Source of the DNA: a virus
Taxonomy: Duplodnaviria > Caudoviricetes
Direction: 5' to 3' (one strand)
Virus record (IMG/VR): IMGVR_UViG_2974716960_000001
Coordinates: 13,087 to 77,086 of that record
DNA length: 64,000 nt
Below the pieces are notes generated by a model. That model saw nothing but the letters and a program-made list of their open reading frames with translations, had not been told where the DNA came from and made no database searches. A program made the translations under genes and the position numbers. Below, piece by piece: positions 45,736 through 53,966 of this stretch. Position 1 is the stretch's first letter, and each line of letters begins with the position of its first letter.

Positions 45736-46070
45736 GTAAGTGGCCGTGGCCTGCTGACACTAAGGACGACCGGTACCGCAGGATCATTGACCACTACCGG
45801 TCAGCCCTAGCGGAGATTGACCTTGAGGCGTGCCTAGTGGTCGATAAGAAGATGGCAGAGTACGGGCAGCCGTGGGTGTCTGATAACTCGATTATCGACG
45901 TGAACGAAATGCTGAGCGCTAAGCAACTGTCTGAGCGGTTCGGCATTTCGGAGTGGGACGTACGGAACTGGGCTAAGCGTCATCCGGACAAGATTCGGCG
46001 GCATAAAGCGGCTAACGGTCGGACGCTATTCCGCGTGGGTGACGTGCTCACGTATCACGCCACCCGCTAG
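45732..46070 (+). CDS. HTH DNA-binding protein
   Basis: LSAKQLSERFGISEWDVRNWA...G.TLFRVGDV. Confidence 0.7.
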   Translation: MSKWPWPADTKDDRYRRIIDHYRSALAEIDLEACLVVDKKMAEYGQPWVSDNSIIDVNEMLSAKQLSERFGISEWDVRNWAKRHPDKIRRHKAANGRTLFRVGDVLTYHATR

Positions 46071-46117
46071 GGAACTCTTGGTCATGATTTAATTAAAGAG
46101 GGGAAAGTTGTACCCAA

Positions 46118-46531
46118 ATGTGGGCTGATATTCCTATTCCAGAGCTTAAGGGGTACCAGGCCAGCGATCAGGGCAAGATTCGCGGTCCCCGCAAGGAACT
46201 GTCCGAGTGGGCAGACGAGCGGGGCTGTATGCGCGTTAAAGCGGCTGGGAGGCCGTGGGCGGTACACATGCTGGTCTTGCTGACGTTCGTCGGTCCTCGT
46301 CCATCTGGGGGCACTCCACGGTGGCTTAATGGTGATCCCACGGATAACCGGCTGGTGAATCTGAAATGGCACACCGAAGATGAGCCGGAAGTTCTGACGC
46401 GGGTCAACCGTTGTCGTAACAATCACGTGTACTCACGAGAAAACACAAAGGTATGGGGTTCGGGTCACCGGGTTTGTCTCGATTGCGAGAGGGGCATTCC
46501 TAAGGTGGTTCAGCTTCCAGAAGTGATTTAG
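46118..46531 (+). CDS. NUMOD4/HNH endonuclease-like protein
   Basis: W..IP...GYQASDQG.IR, VH.LV..TF.G, NGD..DNRL.NL.W, C.NNH. Confidence 0.8.
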   Translation: MWADIPIPELKGYQASDQGKIRGPRKELSEWADERGCMRVKAAGRPWAVHMLVLLTFVGPRPSGGTPRWLNGDPTDNRLVNLKWHTEDEPEVLTRVNRCRNNHVYSRENTKVWGSGHRVCLDCERGIPKVVQLPEVI

Positions 46532-46576
46532 CGCGCCCGCCTCGATCAAAATTTGAAAGGCGGTTCTGGCTGCGCT

Positions 46577-46619
46577 GAGGCGGGTGTCCTGGCGAGGGGT
46601 CGGGGCACCCGCCTTTCTC
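46577..46619 (+). terminator. Rho-independent terminator
   Basis: AGGCGGGTGTCCTGGC / GTCGGGGCACCCGCCT then TTCTC. Confidence 0.65.
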
Positions 46620-46632
46620 TTAAGGGGGTGCA

Positions 46633-46893
46633 GTGAAGCCATCTGACTATGCGTGGTTGGCGCTGCTTAGCGCGATTGTCGGATATGAGATTGCGGCACC
46701 GCCCGGCGAGCTTCTTAGTGAAGGCTGGGACCGCTACTTGCTGAGGTTTCCGATTGGCGCGCGTGTGTTGCCGTTGGTGCTGACCTTGCATGTGATTAAC
46801 GCGCTGCCTGAACGCTATGACCCGGTTCACCGGTTGTCGGAGCTGTTCGCGGCGCTTGGGGGAAAAATTGACCGATCCAAAGGAAGTGCTTGA
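46633..46893 (+). CDS. Small membrane protein
   Basis: AW..L...IV.YE..AP.GELLSEG.DRY pattern. Confidence 0.6.
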   Translation: MKPSDYAWLALLSAIVGYEIAAPPGELLSEGWDRYLLRFPIGARVLPLVLTLHVINALPERYDPVHRLSELFAALGGKIDRSKGSA

Positions 46894-47236
46894 GCACCTA
46901 GAAGCCGAGAAGGCTGCTAAGGCAGTTAAGCGTGACGCTATCAACCCGCAGCATTACAAAGATGGCTGGTCGGACGGCGCAGAGCTGATCAGCATTACAG
47001 AGAACTTAACCAGCTCAGGCGGGCAGGCTGTGCAGTACATTGCACGGTCGACGCGGCTGGATTCCAGTAAGAACAAGGGTAAGAACACCCTTGAGTGGAT
47101 TCAAGACCTAGAAAAGGCTAAGTGGTTCCTTGACCGGGAGATTAAGCGTCTCCGGAGCAAGACTGCATTGCCGGTTAAGCCGTACTTGATCAATGAGTTC
47201 ACGTATCCGATGAACGTTTACGGGGGCTTTCGTTGA
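46868..47236 (+). CDS. DUF3310-like protein
   Basis: DAINPQHY, QYI.R, DLEKA.W.L.REI. Confidence 0.75.
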   Translation: MTDPKEVLEHLEAEKAAKAVKRDAINPQHYKDGWSDGAELISITENLTSSGGQAVQYIARSTRLDSSKNKGKNTLEWIQDLEKAKWFLDREIKRLRSKTALPVKPYLINEFTYPMNVYGGFR

Positions 47237-48015
47237 GCGCGCGTGTCTTGATCCTCGACATTGAGACGCAGCGGGCCATCGTTGAGACGTTCGGCTTGTT
47301 CAAGCAGTTCATTGGTATTGATCAGGTGCAGGTGCCTACGCGTGTCCTGTGCTGGGCTGCTAAGTGGCGCGGCGAGGATCGCGTGATGTTCAAGGCCGCG
47401 TGGGACGACAACGACGAGGCCGGATACCGGGCCATGATGCAAACGATGTGGGATGCGCTGGATAGCGCCGACATTGTTGTCACGTGGAACGGTGATCGTT
47501 TCGACCTGCAATGGCTTGAGGCCGAGTTCCTGCGCCTGGGTATGGGTCGTCCGTTGCCGTACAAGTCGGTTGACTTGATTAAGACGGTGCGCCGTTGGTT
47601 CAAGGGCGGGCTGATGAGCATGAAGCTCGATTGGTCGTCCCGCATGATCCTTAAGGACCGCAAGGTTCACCACGGAGGGAGTGACCTCTGGTGGGATATT
47701 AGGCACGGTACGCGGGCTGAGAAGCGCGCCGCGCAGAAGATTATGCGCGAGTACAACGAGCATGACGTTCGTTTGACGGGTCGACTGTTTGAGCATCATT
47801 TGCCGTATCTGAACCTGAACCTTGCTTTGTATGAGGAGACGGTGGACGACGGTATTGAGCGTTGCGTTAAGTGCAATAGCGAGAACTTGAAGAAAGACGG
47901 CGTGAAGGCTTACGTCACTTCGGCGGGCGTTTATCAGATGCTCCGCTGTAAGGACTGTGGTGCGACTTCGCGCGGTAAGCGTATTCGTGGAACGACTGAA
48001 TTGAGGCCGGTGTGA
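47233..48015 (+). CDS. DnaQ/RNase H-like 3'-5' exonuclease
   Basis: LDIET, TWNGDRFD, YNEHDV (DEDD-type) plus C-terminal Zn ribbon. Confidence 0.85.
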   Translation: MSARVLILDIETQRAIVETFGLFKQFIGIDQVQVPTRVLCWAAKWRGEDRVMFKAAWDDNDEAGYRAMMQTMWDALDSADIVVTWNGDRFDLQWLEAEFLRLGMGRPLPYKSVDLIKTVRRWFKGGLMSMKLDWSSRMILKDRKVHHGGSDLWWDIRHGTRAEKRAAQKIMREYNEHDVRLTGRLFEHHLPYLNLNLALYEETVDDGIERCVKCNSENLKKDGVKAYVTSAGVYQMLRCKDCGATSRGKRIRGTTELRPV

Positions 48016-48094
48016 GCGTGCTAGTCGGGGCTTTGGTCCTGGGTATGGCTGGTTGGTTTGGATGGTTCATCCGTGACGTACGAAAGAATGGTTT

Positions 48095-48694
48095 GTGGTG
48101 AAGCCTGTAGCGCAGCCGAATATGCTGCACCAAATGATCGTTGGCACTCTGCTGGACAATAAGCAGGTGTATGTCCCTGCCCCTAAGGGTGTGGATGGTC
48201 CTGGTCATTGGCGGGGCACGTTGGCGAATAACGTGTCTGAGCTGAGCATGGATCGCGCGGCTAAGCGGTGGCTTAAGTGAACGTGGTCGAGGACCACGCG
48301 GAGTTCATGCCCGGCGGCGAGCATTTCGGCTGCCGGGTTATGTCTCTAACGCCGAATGGGCCTTGGCAGTGTGTTGGTATGCACTGCGCGTTCTGTGGCA
48401 AGCCCTGCGGCTCGCAGGGTCATTACTCGTGTTGGGAGAAGAACCGTGAGCAAGGCGGCGGCCAGGTATCGGCAGGAGCTACGCCGGTCTAATGCGGCGG
48501 TCCCGCACCGTAACCGTTACCGGGAGTTCAAGAGTGGAAAGGGTCGACATGGGGAGGCCATAGCGGAGGGTTTGACCGACTGCGATTGTCATGCCCGCCT
48601 GATGCCGGGGCTGCACTGTTCGTGGTGCGATCCCGACGATAAGGGGGAATGTCGGTATGCCGGGGAATCTGCGGAAGAAGGGTGGGACTGGTAA
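48095..48694 (+). other. Run of small overlapping hypothetical ORFs, several Cys-rich
   Basis: 48095-48280, 48277-48492 and a frame ending 48694, coupled starts; individual boundaries uncertain. Confidence 0.4.
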
Positions 48695-49079
48695 AACTGA
48701 GCGTGATTACCTTAGGGCGCGTAAGCGCGTACTGAGGCAGTCTCAGATTTGCGCACTCCCAAGTTGCCGTAAGGCGATTGACCTCACCCTTAAGCCGGTC
48801 TGCCAGTTCGTGGATACGAGCAAGTACACGGTGGAGACGGCGCACTTGATTCCTTTGGACTGTGGCCCTGACTGTCGGGAGCTTAAGCATTACCGCAAGA
48901 GCAATCCGTGGGGGCCGTCCGCTAACCATAAAATCTCGGTGGCGTCGTTGCCGCCCGATTCACCACTGTTGGCGTCCGCTAAGAACCTTGAGTCCATGCA
49001 CTTGAAGTGCAATCAGGAGCTTGGCGACGGCAAAAACGCTAAGCCTCGAAATAAGACTTCGAGAGATTGGTTCGCATAG
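48657..49079 (+). CDS. HNH endonuclease-like protein
   Basis: R.R.RVL....C...C...ID, H.I.V, NL..MH..CN. Confidence 0.7.
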   Translation: MPGNLRKKGGTGKTERDYLRARKRVLRQSQICALPSCRKAIDLTLKPVCQFVDTSKYTVETAHLIPLDCGPDCRELKHYRKSNPWGPSANHKISVASLPPDSPLLASAKNLESMHLKCNQELGDGKNAKPRNKTSRDWFA

Positions 49080-49884
49080 TGTCGGATAATTCTTCGCCCG
49101 ACGACCAGGGCAACATCATGGTCGGGGAGCTGCGCATCGTTCAGTACATTGACGGTGATGGCGTCCTTAGCACGGTTGACCTGTCTCAGGGGCCGGGTGG
49201 CGCTGAGCTTGAGGAGGAGGCGTATTCGCAGTTGCTCGATTGGGCACATGCGTTCACGTTGGCCCCGAAGGTTGCGGCGATTCTCGCTAATGAGTGAGGT
49301 TTACAAGTCGGAGGTTTTCGCGCGTTGTGTGGCGTGTGATGATTCGATCCGGCTGGGTGATGAGGTTTCCGAGTTCGCGGGGGAGTTGTTTCATGCCGAG
49401 TGCGTCTAAGGTCAAGCGGCCTTGCGTGGCGTGCGGCAAGAGTGTCCCTACTGAGCGTTTCCATAAGACTTGGGGTCGTGGTTGGGAGAAGCTATTTCAT
49501 GTGGAGTGTGCGCCAAAGCAATTGGACTGAGCACATGCGCTCACTGCTGGGTGAGCAGGTGGTGGTGGTGCTTAACCGTGAGCCGCTGGCTACGGCGGTG
49601 GGTGAGCTGCTGTCGTTTGAGGATGGCGGCGAGGTCGTCATTCGTGACGATATGGGTTTTGTGCATTACTGCTGGCCTGCCCTTGAGGCTAGGGGGACTT
49701 CATGGAGTTCAAAGCTAGGTGCTGCGCGCCGGGCCATGACTGGTGCGATCCTTGCTGCGTGTGTGGGGAGCCGGAGGGTATTAATGAGCGACCTGACCTT
49801 GCGCCACCGTCTAACCCGGTTCCGTCGCGGATAAAGCGGAAGATCAATAATCCTTGGCCGACTGAGAATCGTTGGAAGAAGTAG
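49067..49884 (+). other. Run of small hypothetical ORFs
   Basis: 49067-49297 and several short Cys/His ORFs; boundaries uncertain. Confidence 0.4.
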
Positions 49885-49891
49885 CAGTAAG

Positions 49892-49964
49892 GCCACCTTA
49901 GCTCAGTTGGTAGAGCAGCGCCTTCGTAACGCGCAGGTCAGCGGTTCGATTCCGCTAGGTGGCT
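49892..49964 (+). tRNA. tRNA-Thr(CGT)
   Basis: GCCACCT/AGGTGGC, D arm AGCTCAGTTGGTAGAGC, loop TTCGTAA, T arm GGTTCGATTCC. Confidence 0.92.
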
Positions 49965-50152
49965 CGTAGTAAACATAATTGAATAGGGAGATTGATATGA
50001 CTGAAAAAGACCCGATCAAGGTTTCTAAAGACAAGCTTGACGTTGTGCAGGAGCTTCGGGATCGCACGGCGTGGCCTAAGGCCGAGGTTCCAGAGCAGGC
50101 GAAGAAGCCCGCGAAGGTCGGTAACGCTTAAGTTTGTCCCCTTCGGGGGTTT

Positions 50153-50226
50153 CTGGCTGTAGCTCAACTTGGTAGAGCGCTGGCTTTGGGTGCCAGGGGT
50201 TCGGGGTTCAAATCCTCGCAGCCAGA
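50153..50226 (+). tRNA. tRNA-Pro(TGG)
   Basis: CTGGCTG/CAGCCAG, loop TTTGGGT, TTCAAAT T loop. Confidence 0.92.
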
Positions 50227-50478
50227 CAATGGGTCGTGTCCCCACCGATTGAGATTGTGGAGTGTCACCGTGAAGGTGGCAGGGGCCAAATGGTTGGTTC
50301 TGGCAGAGATACCCGATCACCGCCCTCGGGCCAGGCGGTATATAAGTGGGCCATCTTCTTTAGGGATTACCCCGCCTCACGGCGTGCGGCCCCTCGGTTA
50401 GTCCACCGATTGGACGGCAGGAGACAATGCGGAAACGTAGTTAGCAGGTTGGGCGCTGTTTCTCCGTATAGCCCGCAT

Positions 50479-50551
50479 AGCTCGGTAGCTCAATTGGTAG
50501 AGCAGCGGTCTCCAAAGCCGCAGGTTCCCCGTTCGAGTCGGGGCCGGGTTG
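50479..50551 (+). tRNA. tRNA-Trp(CCA)
   Basis: Loop CTCCAAA, T arm CCCCG-TTCGAGT-CGGGG. Confidence 0.9.
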
Positions 50552-50584
50552 CAAAGTGAAGTACAGGCCGTATACAGTGTTGGC

Positions 50585-50797
50585 ATGTCCAAGTCACTCA
50601 ACTGGCACCGCGTCTATAGCGGCGAGGGTGCCGATTACGTCGCAGACGGTGCGAGCCAAAACTATCTGGCTGTGCGCTATGCGTACGGGTGGGAGCTGTT
50701 CTACCTGCCGCATGGTGAGACGCATCCGACGTGTGTTGGTGATGGTCCGTGGCATCGCCTTAGGGACGCTAAGGCGCACGCTCAAGGGATGGAATAA
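50585..50797 (+). CDS. Hypothetical protein, probably leaderless
   Basis: TTGCAA-18-TACAGT promoter 6 nt upstream of ATG; LRDAKAHAQ C-terminal motif. Confidence 0.6.
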   Translation: MSKSLNWHRVYSGEGADYVADGASQNYLAVRYAYGWELFYLPHGETHPTCVGDGPWHRLRDAKAHAQGME

Positions 50798-50800
50798 GAA

Positions 50801-51130
50801 ATGAGCACTGAGTTCTGGTTGGGTATGGCCTGCATTCCGGTGGTCGTCGCGCTGTTGGCGTTGATGGCTGCCGCGATCATGGGGCTGATATACGCCTCGT
50901 CGCAGTGGGATTTCGGTACGTACAAGCTCTGGCCGCACCGGACTAAGCCGGAGGTCATTGCAGCCACGGTGGCTTGCGCTAAGTCGCGCCGGTATCTGTG
51001 GATTCCCGGCTGGCATGTGGTGATCTGTCGGACGACTTTGTTTAACCGTGATGACGCTGAGGATATTGAGCGTCACCGGAAGGTTCAGTGGGCTGTGCGT
51101 GATGCGTTGAACGTCGACCCATTTGATTGA
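50801..51130 (+). CDS. Membrane protein
   Basis: N-terminal TM helix. Confidence 0.55.
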   Translation: MSTEFWLGMACIPVVVALLALMAAAIMGLIYASSQWDFGTYKLWPHRTKPEVIAATVACAKSRRYLWIPGWHVVICRTTLFNRDDAEDIERHRKVQWAVRDALNVDPFD

Positions 51131-51140
51131 TGCTTTATTA

Positions 51141-51214
51141 GGAACCGTAGCCCAATTGGCAGAGGCAGTAGGCTTAGACCCTATCCAGTGTGCGTTCGAG
51201 TCGCACCGGTTCTA
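51141..51214 (+). tRNA. tRNA-Leu(TAG), short variable loop
   Basis: GGAACCG/CGGTTCT, loop CTTAGAC, T arm GTGCG-TTCGAGT-CGCAC. Confidence 0.85.
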
Positions 51215-51288
51215 CGCGAGGTAGCTTAAGTAGTAAAGCCCCCGACTGTGACTCGGGTGATTCGGGTGCAAGTCCCGGCCTGTCGCCA
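51215..51288 (+). tRNA. tRNA-His(GTG), imperfect acceptor stem
   Basis: CCCGA-CTGTGAC-TCGGG anticodon arm; C discriminator; two acceptor mismatches. Confidence 0.7.
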
Positions 51289-51289
51289 T

Positions 51290-51364
51290 TGACCGCTAGC
51301 ACAATTAGGCAGTTGCGCCGGAATCTGACTCCGGAGGTTCCAGGTTCGATTCCTGGGTGGTCAG
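51290..51364 (+). tRNA. tRNA-Gln(CTG)
   Basis: TGACCGC/GTGGTCA, CCGGA-ATCTGAC-TCCGG, GGTTCGATTCC. Confidence 0.88.
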
Positions 51365-51479
51365 CGTTAACCTCCCCCGCGCCTTCGAGGTTGCCGGGCC
51401 GCTGAAAGAGGCGGTTAAATATCCGGTGGTAAGTCCATCGGGGAGTGCCGTGTTGAGGGGCGTAAAGACACGGACCCAA

Positions 51480-51553
51480 GTGCTAGTAACCCATGTTGGC
51501 TGGGTGCCACTCTTCCAAAGTGGATTTCGCGGGTTCGATTCCTGTCTAGCACA
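51480..51553 (+). tRNA. tRNA-Gly(TCC)
   Basis: GTGCTAG/CTAGCAC, CCACT-CTTCCAA-AGTGG. Confidence 0.88.
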
Positions 51554-51667
51554 CGTTACGGGTGCCGGTGAAGGCCGGTCACACAGGGTGCAGTCACAAC
51601 GCTGCCGAGTGGAGCAATAGAGCGGTCCCCTGTTGAAATGAGGCAATAACGCGCCTCCCGTATCCAA

Positions 51668-51743
51668 GCCTCGTTAGCTCAGTTGGTAGAGCAGCCGACT
51701 CTTAATCGGCGGGTCACAGGTTCAAGTCCTGTACGGGGTACCA
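51668..51743 (+). tRNA. tRNA-Lys(CTT) with encoded CCA
   Basis: GCCGA-CTCTTAA-TCGGC, GGTTCAAGTCC, 3-prime ACCA. Confidence 0.93.
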
Positions 51744-51744
51744 C

Positions 51745-51833
51745 GGAGAGTAATGCAGCGGGGGTGGCCCGCGACCGGCCTTGAAAGCCGGGTAGCCGTT
51801 ATGGAGCTTGGGGTTCGATCCCTCTGCTCTCCG
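51745..51833 (+). tRNA. tRNA-Ser(TGA)
   Basis: GGAGAG/CTCTCC, loop CTTGAAA, long variable arm. Confidence 0.88.
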
Positions 51834-51875
51834 CTTATGAACACGTACTCATGCTGACTTACTTGGGGGTGGTCT

Positions 51876-52565
51876 GTGTCTAAGGTGCTTAGCCTTTACG
51901 GCACGAGGTCATCTAAGTATTGGTCCGAAGCTCCGGCGAAGATGGACGCGCTGAATCTGCGTGCGATCTTCCCGTCGAGCAATCCGTTCGGTTTCCCTGA
52001 TCTTGAGCGGTGCGATTGGGTGCCCGACTACCTGGGGGCGTGGCATCTCCCGCGTCAGCGGGAGCGTGCAGCTCGGGAGAACGGGGCGATCCACTTCTTT
52101 TTGGACGACTACCGTTTTGAGACGGCGTTTACAAGCCCTGAGAGGACGCTGGGGCGAGTTACAGCGGTCGGTGGTGCCCTGACACCAGATTTCAGTTTGT
52201 GGCGCGATATGCCGCGTGCAGCGCAGTTGTGGAACGTGTACCGGTCCCGCTGGTGTGGCGCGTACTGGCAGAGCCACGGCGTGAACGTGATTCCTACGGT
52301 CTGCTGGGCACGCTCAGACACGTTCGACTTCTGTTTCGAGGGTCTGCCTCGGGGCGGACCTGTGGCCGTGTCTGCGGTCGGTGTGCGGGCGAAGCCGGAG
52401 GATCAAGCGCTGTTCCGTGAGGGCCTGGCCGCGATGGTCGAGCGTCTTGAGCCGGCAATTTTGCTTAGTTACGGGCGGCTTGTGCATGTGGAGGGTTTGG
52501 ACCTGCCACCTGTGCGGGAGTTCCCGACGTTCTGGGATGAGCGCCGTAAGGCGGTTAACGCTTAG
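51876..52565 (+). CDS. DUF4417-family protein
   Basis: IHFFLDDYRFE, TPDFSLW.DMP.A.Q.WN.YRSRW.GAYWQ..G..VIPTV.W. Confidence 0.85.
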   Translation: MSKVLSLYGTRSSKYWSEAPAKMDALNLRAIFPSSNPFGFPDLERCDWVPDYLGAWHLPRQRERAARENGAIHFFLDDYRFETAFTSPERTLGRVTAVGGALTPDFSLWRDMPRAAQLWNVYRSRWCGAYWQSHGVNVIPTVCWARSDTFDFCFEGLPRGGPVAVSAVGVRAKPEDQALFREGLAAMVERLEPAILLSYGRLVHVEGLDLPPVREFPTFWDERRKAVNA

Positions 52566-52573
52566 GGGGTGTG

Positions 52574-52924
52574 ATGGGCGGTCGCGGCGGTGGTGGCGGT
52601 GGCCCGGTGAGCACCAGGTCATCCACGGTGACGCTGTATCACAGGACTTCTGCGGATGCGGCTCGCGCGATTGTGGATGGTGGGTTTCGTCCGCAGTTCC
52701 GGCCTGGCATGGATAAGTCTTATCGGGATGAGAACTCGCAGTATGGGTTCTTTAGTAAGACGGTTAAGGGCCAGGAGGGTTACGGCCAGAGTGTTGTGGC
52801 TGTGGAGGTTCCGAAGTCTGCTGTTGAGCGTGATCCGTGGTCGGGTCATGTTCGGGTGCGGGTGGAGGAGCTTAGTAACGCAAACTTCCGGCACTATGAG
52901 GGTAAGCGCCGGAAGAAGCGGTAA
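52574..52924 (+). CDS. MGGRG-leader protein with ADP-ribosyltransferase-like domain
   Basis: MGGRGGGGGG leader; TLYHRTS..AA..I...GF, GFFS, YG..V..VEV resemble the ART fold. Confidence 0.6.
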   Translation: MGGRGGGGGGPVSTRSSTVTLYHRTSADAARAIVDGGFRPQFRPGMDKSYRDENSQYGFFSKTVKGQEGYGQSVVAVEVPKSAVERDPWSGHVRVRVEELSNANFRHYEGKRRKKR

Positions 52925-52925
52925 T

Positions 52926-52996
52926 GCCGTTGTGTCCGAGTGGTTAGGTGCCAGGCTGCAAACCTGGTTAGTCCGGTTCGATTCCGGGGGACGGCT
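52926..52996 (+). tRNA. tRNA-Cys(GCA)
   Basis: CCAGG-CTGCAAA-CCTGG, TCCGG-TTCGATT-CCGGG. Confidence 0.88.
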
Positions 52997-52997
52997 C

Positions 52998-53168
52998 TTA
53001 TGCGACAGGCATTCCGAACCGGATGGTTGCTTTAGCCATTCGGCGGTAGCGGTCCTTACCCTTGGGTCCAAGGTCGTCCCAAGTCGTGTGACCGGGGATG
53101 AGTTCGCCTTTGTCGCCGGTCGGCAGGCTGGCTAGGAATACCGACTTGGCGGCGGCGTCCTGGTCCAT
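52998..53168 (-). CDS. Small hypothetical protein
   Basis: WDDL...KDRYRRMAKA phage-type motif; part of a run of tiny leftward ORFs to 53438. Confidence 0.55.
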   Translation of the reverse strand: MDQDAAAKSVFLASLPTGDKGELIPGHTTWDDLGPKGKDRYRRMAKATIRFGMPVA

Positions 53169-53455
53169 CACTCGTCGTCCCAGTCGTTGGGCTTGATGAT
53201 GCCCTTGTGCATGAGCCAGCCCTTGAACTTGAAGTAGACGCCTACGGGCCACAGGAAACGGCCTAGACCGGCCCAGCCGGGTTCAATGTCGTCGTGGTCG
53301 TGGGTGCTGCTCATTCTTCCTCCATCCAGATTTCAGAGTCGGGCAGGATGCCCTGTAGGTTCTTGACAAGACTGCTCGCCTTATCGTGGTTAAGACCGTC
53401 TAAGACGAAACGGTCGTCGTCTATGGCGTCTTTCATCCATACTGTCCACATGCAT

Positions 53456-53528
53456 TCCTCCGTAGCTCAATTGGCAGAGCGCGCGACTGTTAATCGCGTG
53501 GTTGGTGGTTCGAGTCCACCCGTTGGAG
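53456..53528 (+). tRNA. tRNA-Asn(GTT)
   Basis: CGCGA-CTGTTAA-TCGCG, GGTGG-TTCGAGT-CCACC; two acceptor mismatches. Confidence 0.85.
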
Positions 53529-53529
53529 C

Positions 53530-53721
53530 TTATTGGCGCTTAATCGTCACGCTGGCTATATGGCCGTGCTTCTCGATTTCGTGCTGTACCGCCTCGGCTG
53601 CTAGTTCACGTATGAACGTCTTAGCGGTGAGCGGTCCGACTAGCTTAAAGTCCTCTATCAACTTGTCTAGGTCCATTGTGCAGACGAGTGTGATGAGGAA
53701 TTGGCCTTTAGGGCGTTGCAT
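53530..53721 (-). CDS. Small hypothetical protein
   Basis: ATG 3 nt after tRNA-Lys discriminator. Confidence 0.45.
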   Translation of the reverse strand: MQRPKGQFLITLVCTMDLDKLIEDFKLVGPLTAKTFIRELAAEAVQHEIEKHGHIASVTIKRQ

Positions 53722-53724
53722 GGG

Positions 53725-53797
53725 TGCCCCCACAAGGGATCGAACCTTGGACCCGATGATTAAAAGTCACCTGCTCTGCCAACTGAGCTATAGGGGC
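53725..53797 (-). tRNA. tRNA-Lys(TTT)
   Basis: Minus strand GCCCCTATAGCTCAGTTGGCAGAGC...GACTTTTAATC...GGTTCGATCC. Confidence 0.92.
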
Positions 53798-53966
53798 GCG
53801 GGCGACAGTGTAGCAGGTCACGGAATCACCCAAAGAAGCAGTTCAACGAGCACGAAGATCAGCCCGCCGAGCAGCAGAAACAGCCAGACAACAGCGGCGC
53901 GACTCATGTCCTCAAGCTTGTAGTCGTACCTGTACGCGGCGCACAGCTCCCAGAATCCCTTAAGCA

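Noticed and set aside
46118-46531. Self-splicing intron or intein around the HNH genes
   Set aside because: HNH ORFs (33439, 46118, 48657) are free-standing and interrupt no recognisable gene; no intein motifs seen in DnaB
53002-53116. Multi-arm plus-strand ncRNA after tRNA-Cys (GCGACAGGC/GCCTTTGTCGC)
   Set aside because: Fully overlaps a plausible minus-strand gene (52998-53168) with a phage-type motif; structure may be incidental, though an antisense RNA is not excluded
49890-53800. tmRNA or rRNA gene in the RNA cluster
   Set aside because: No GGGGxTG...TCCACCA tmRNA ends and no rRNA signature sequences found by eye
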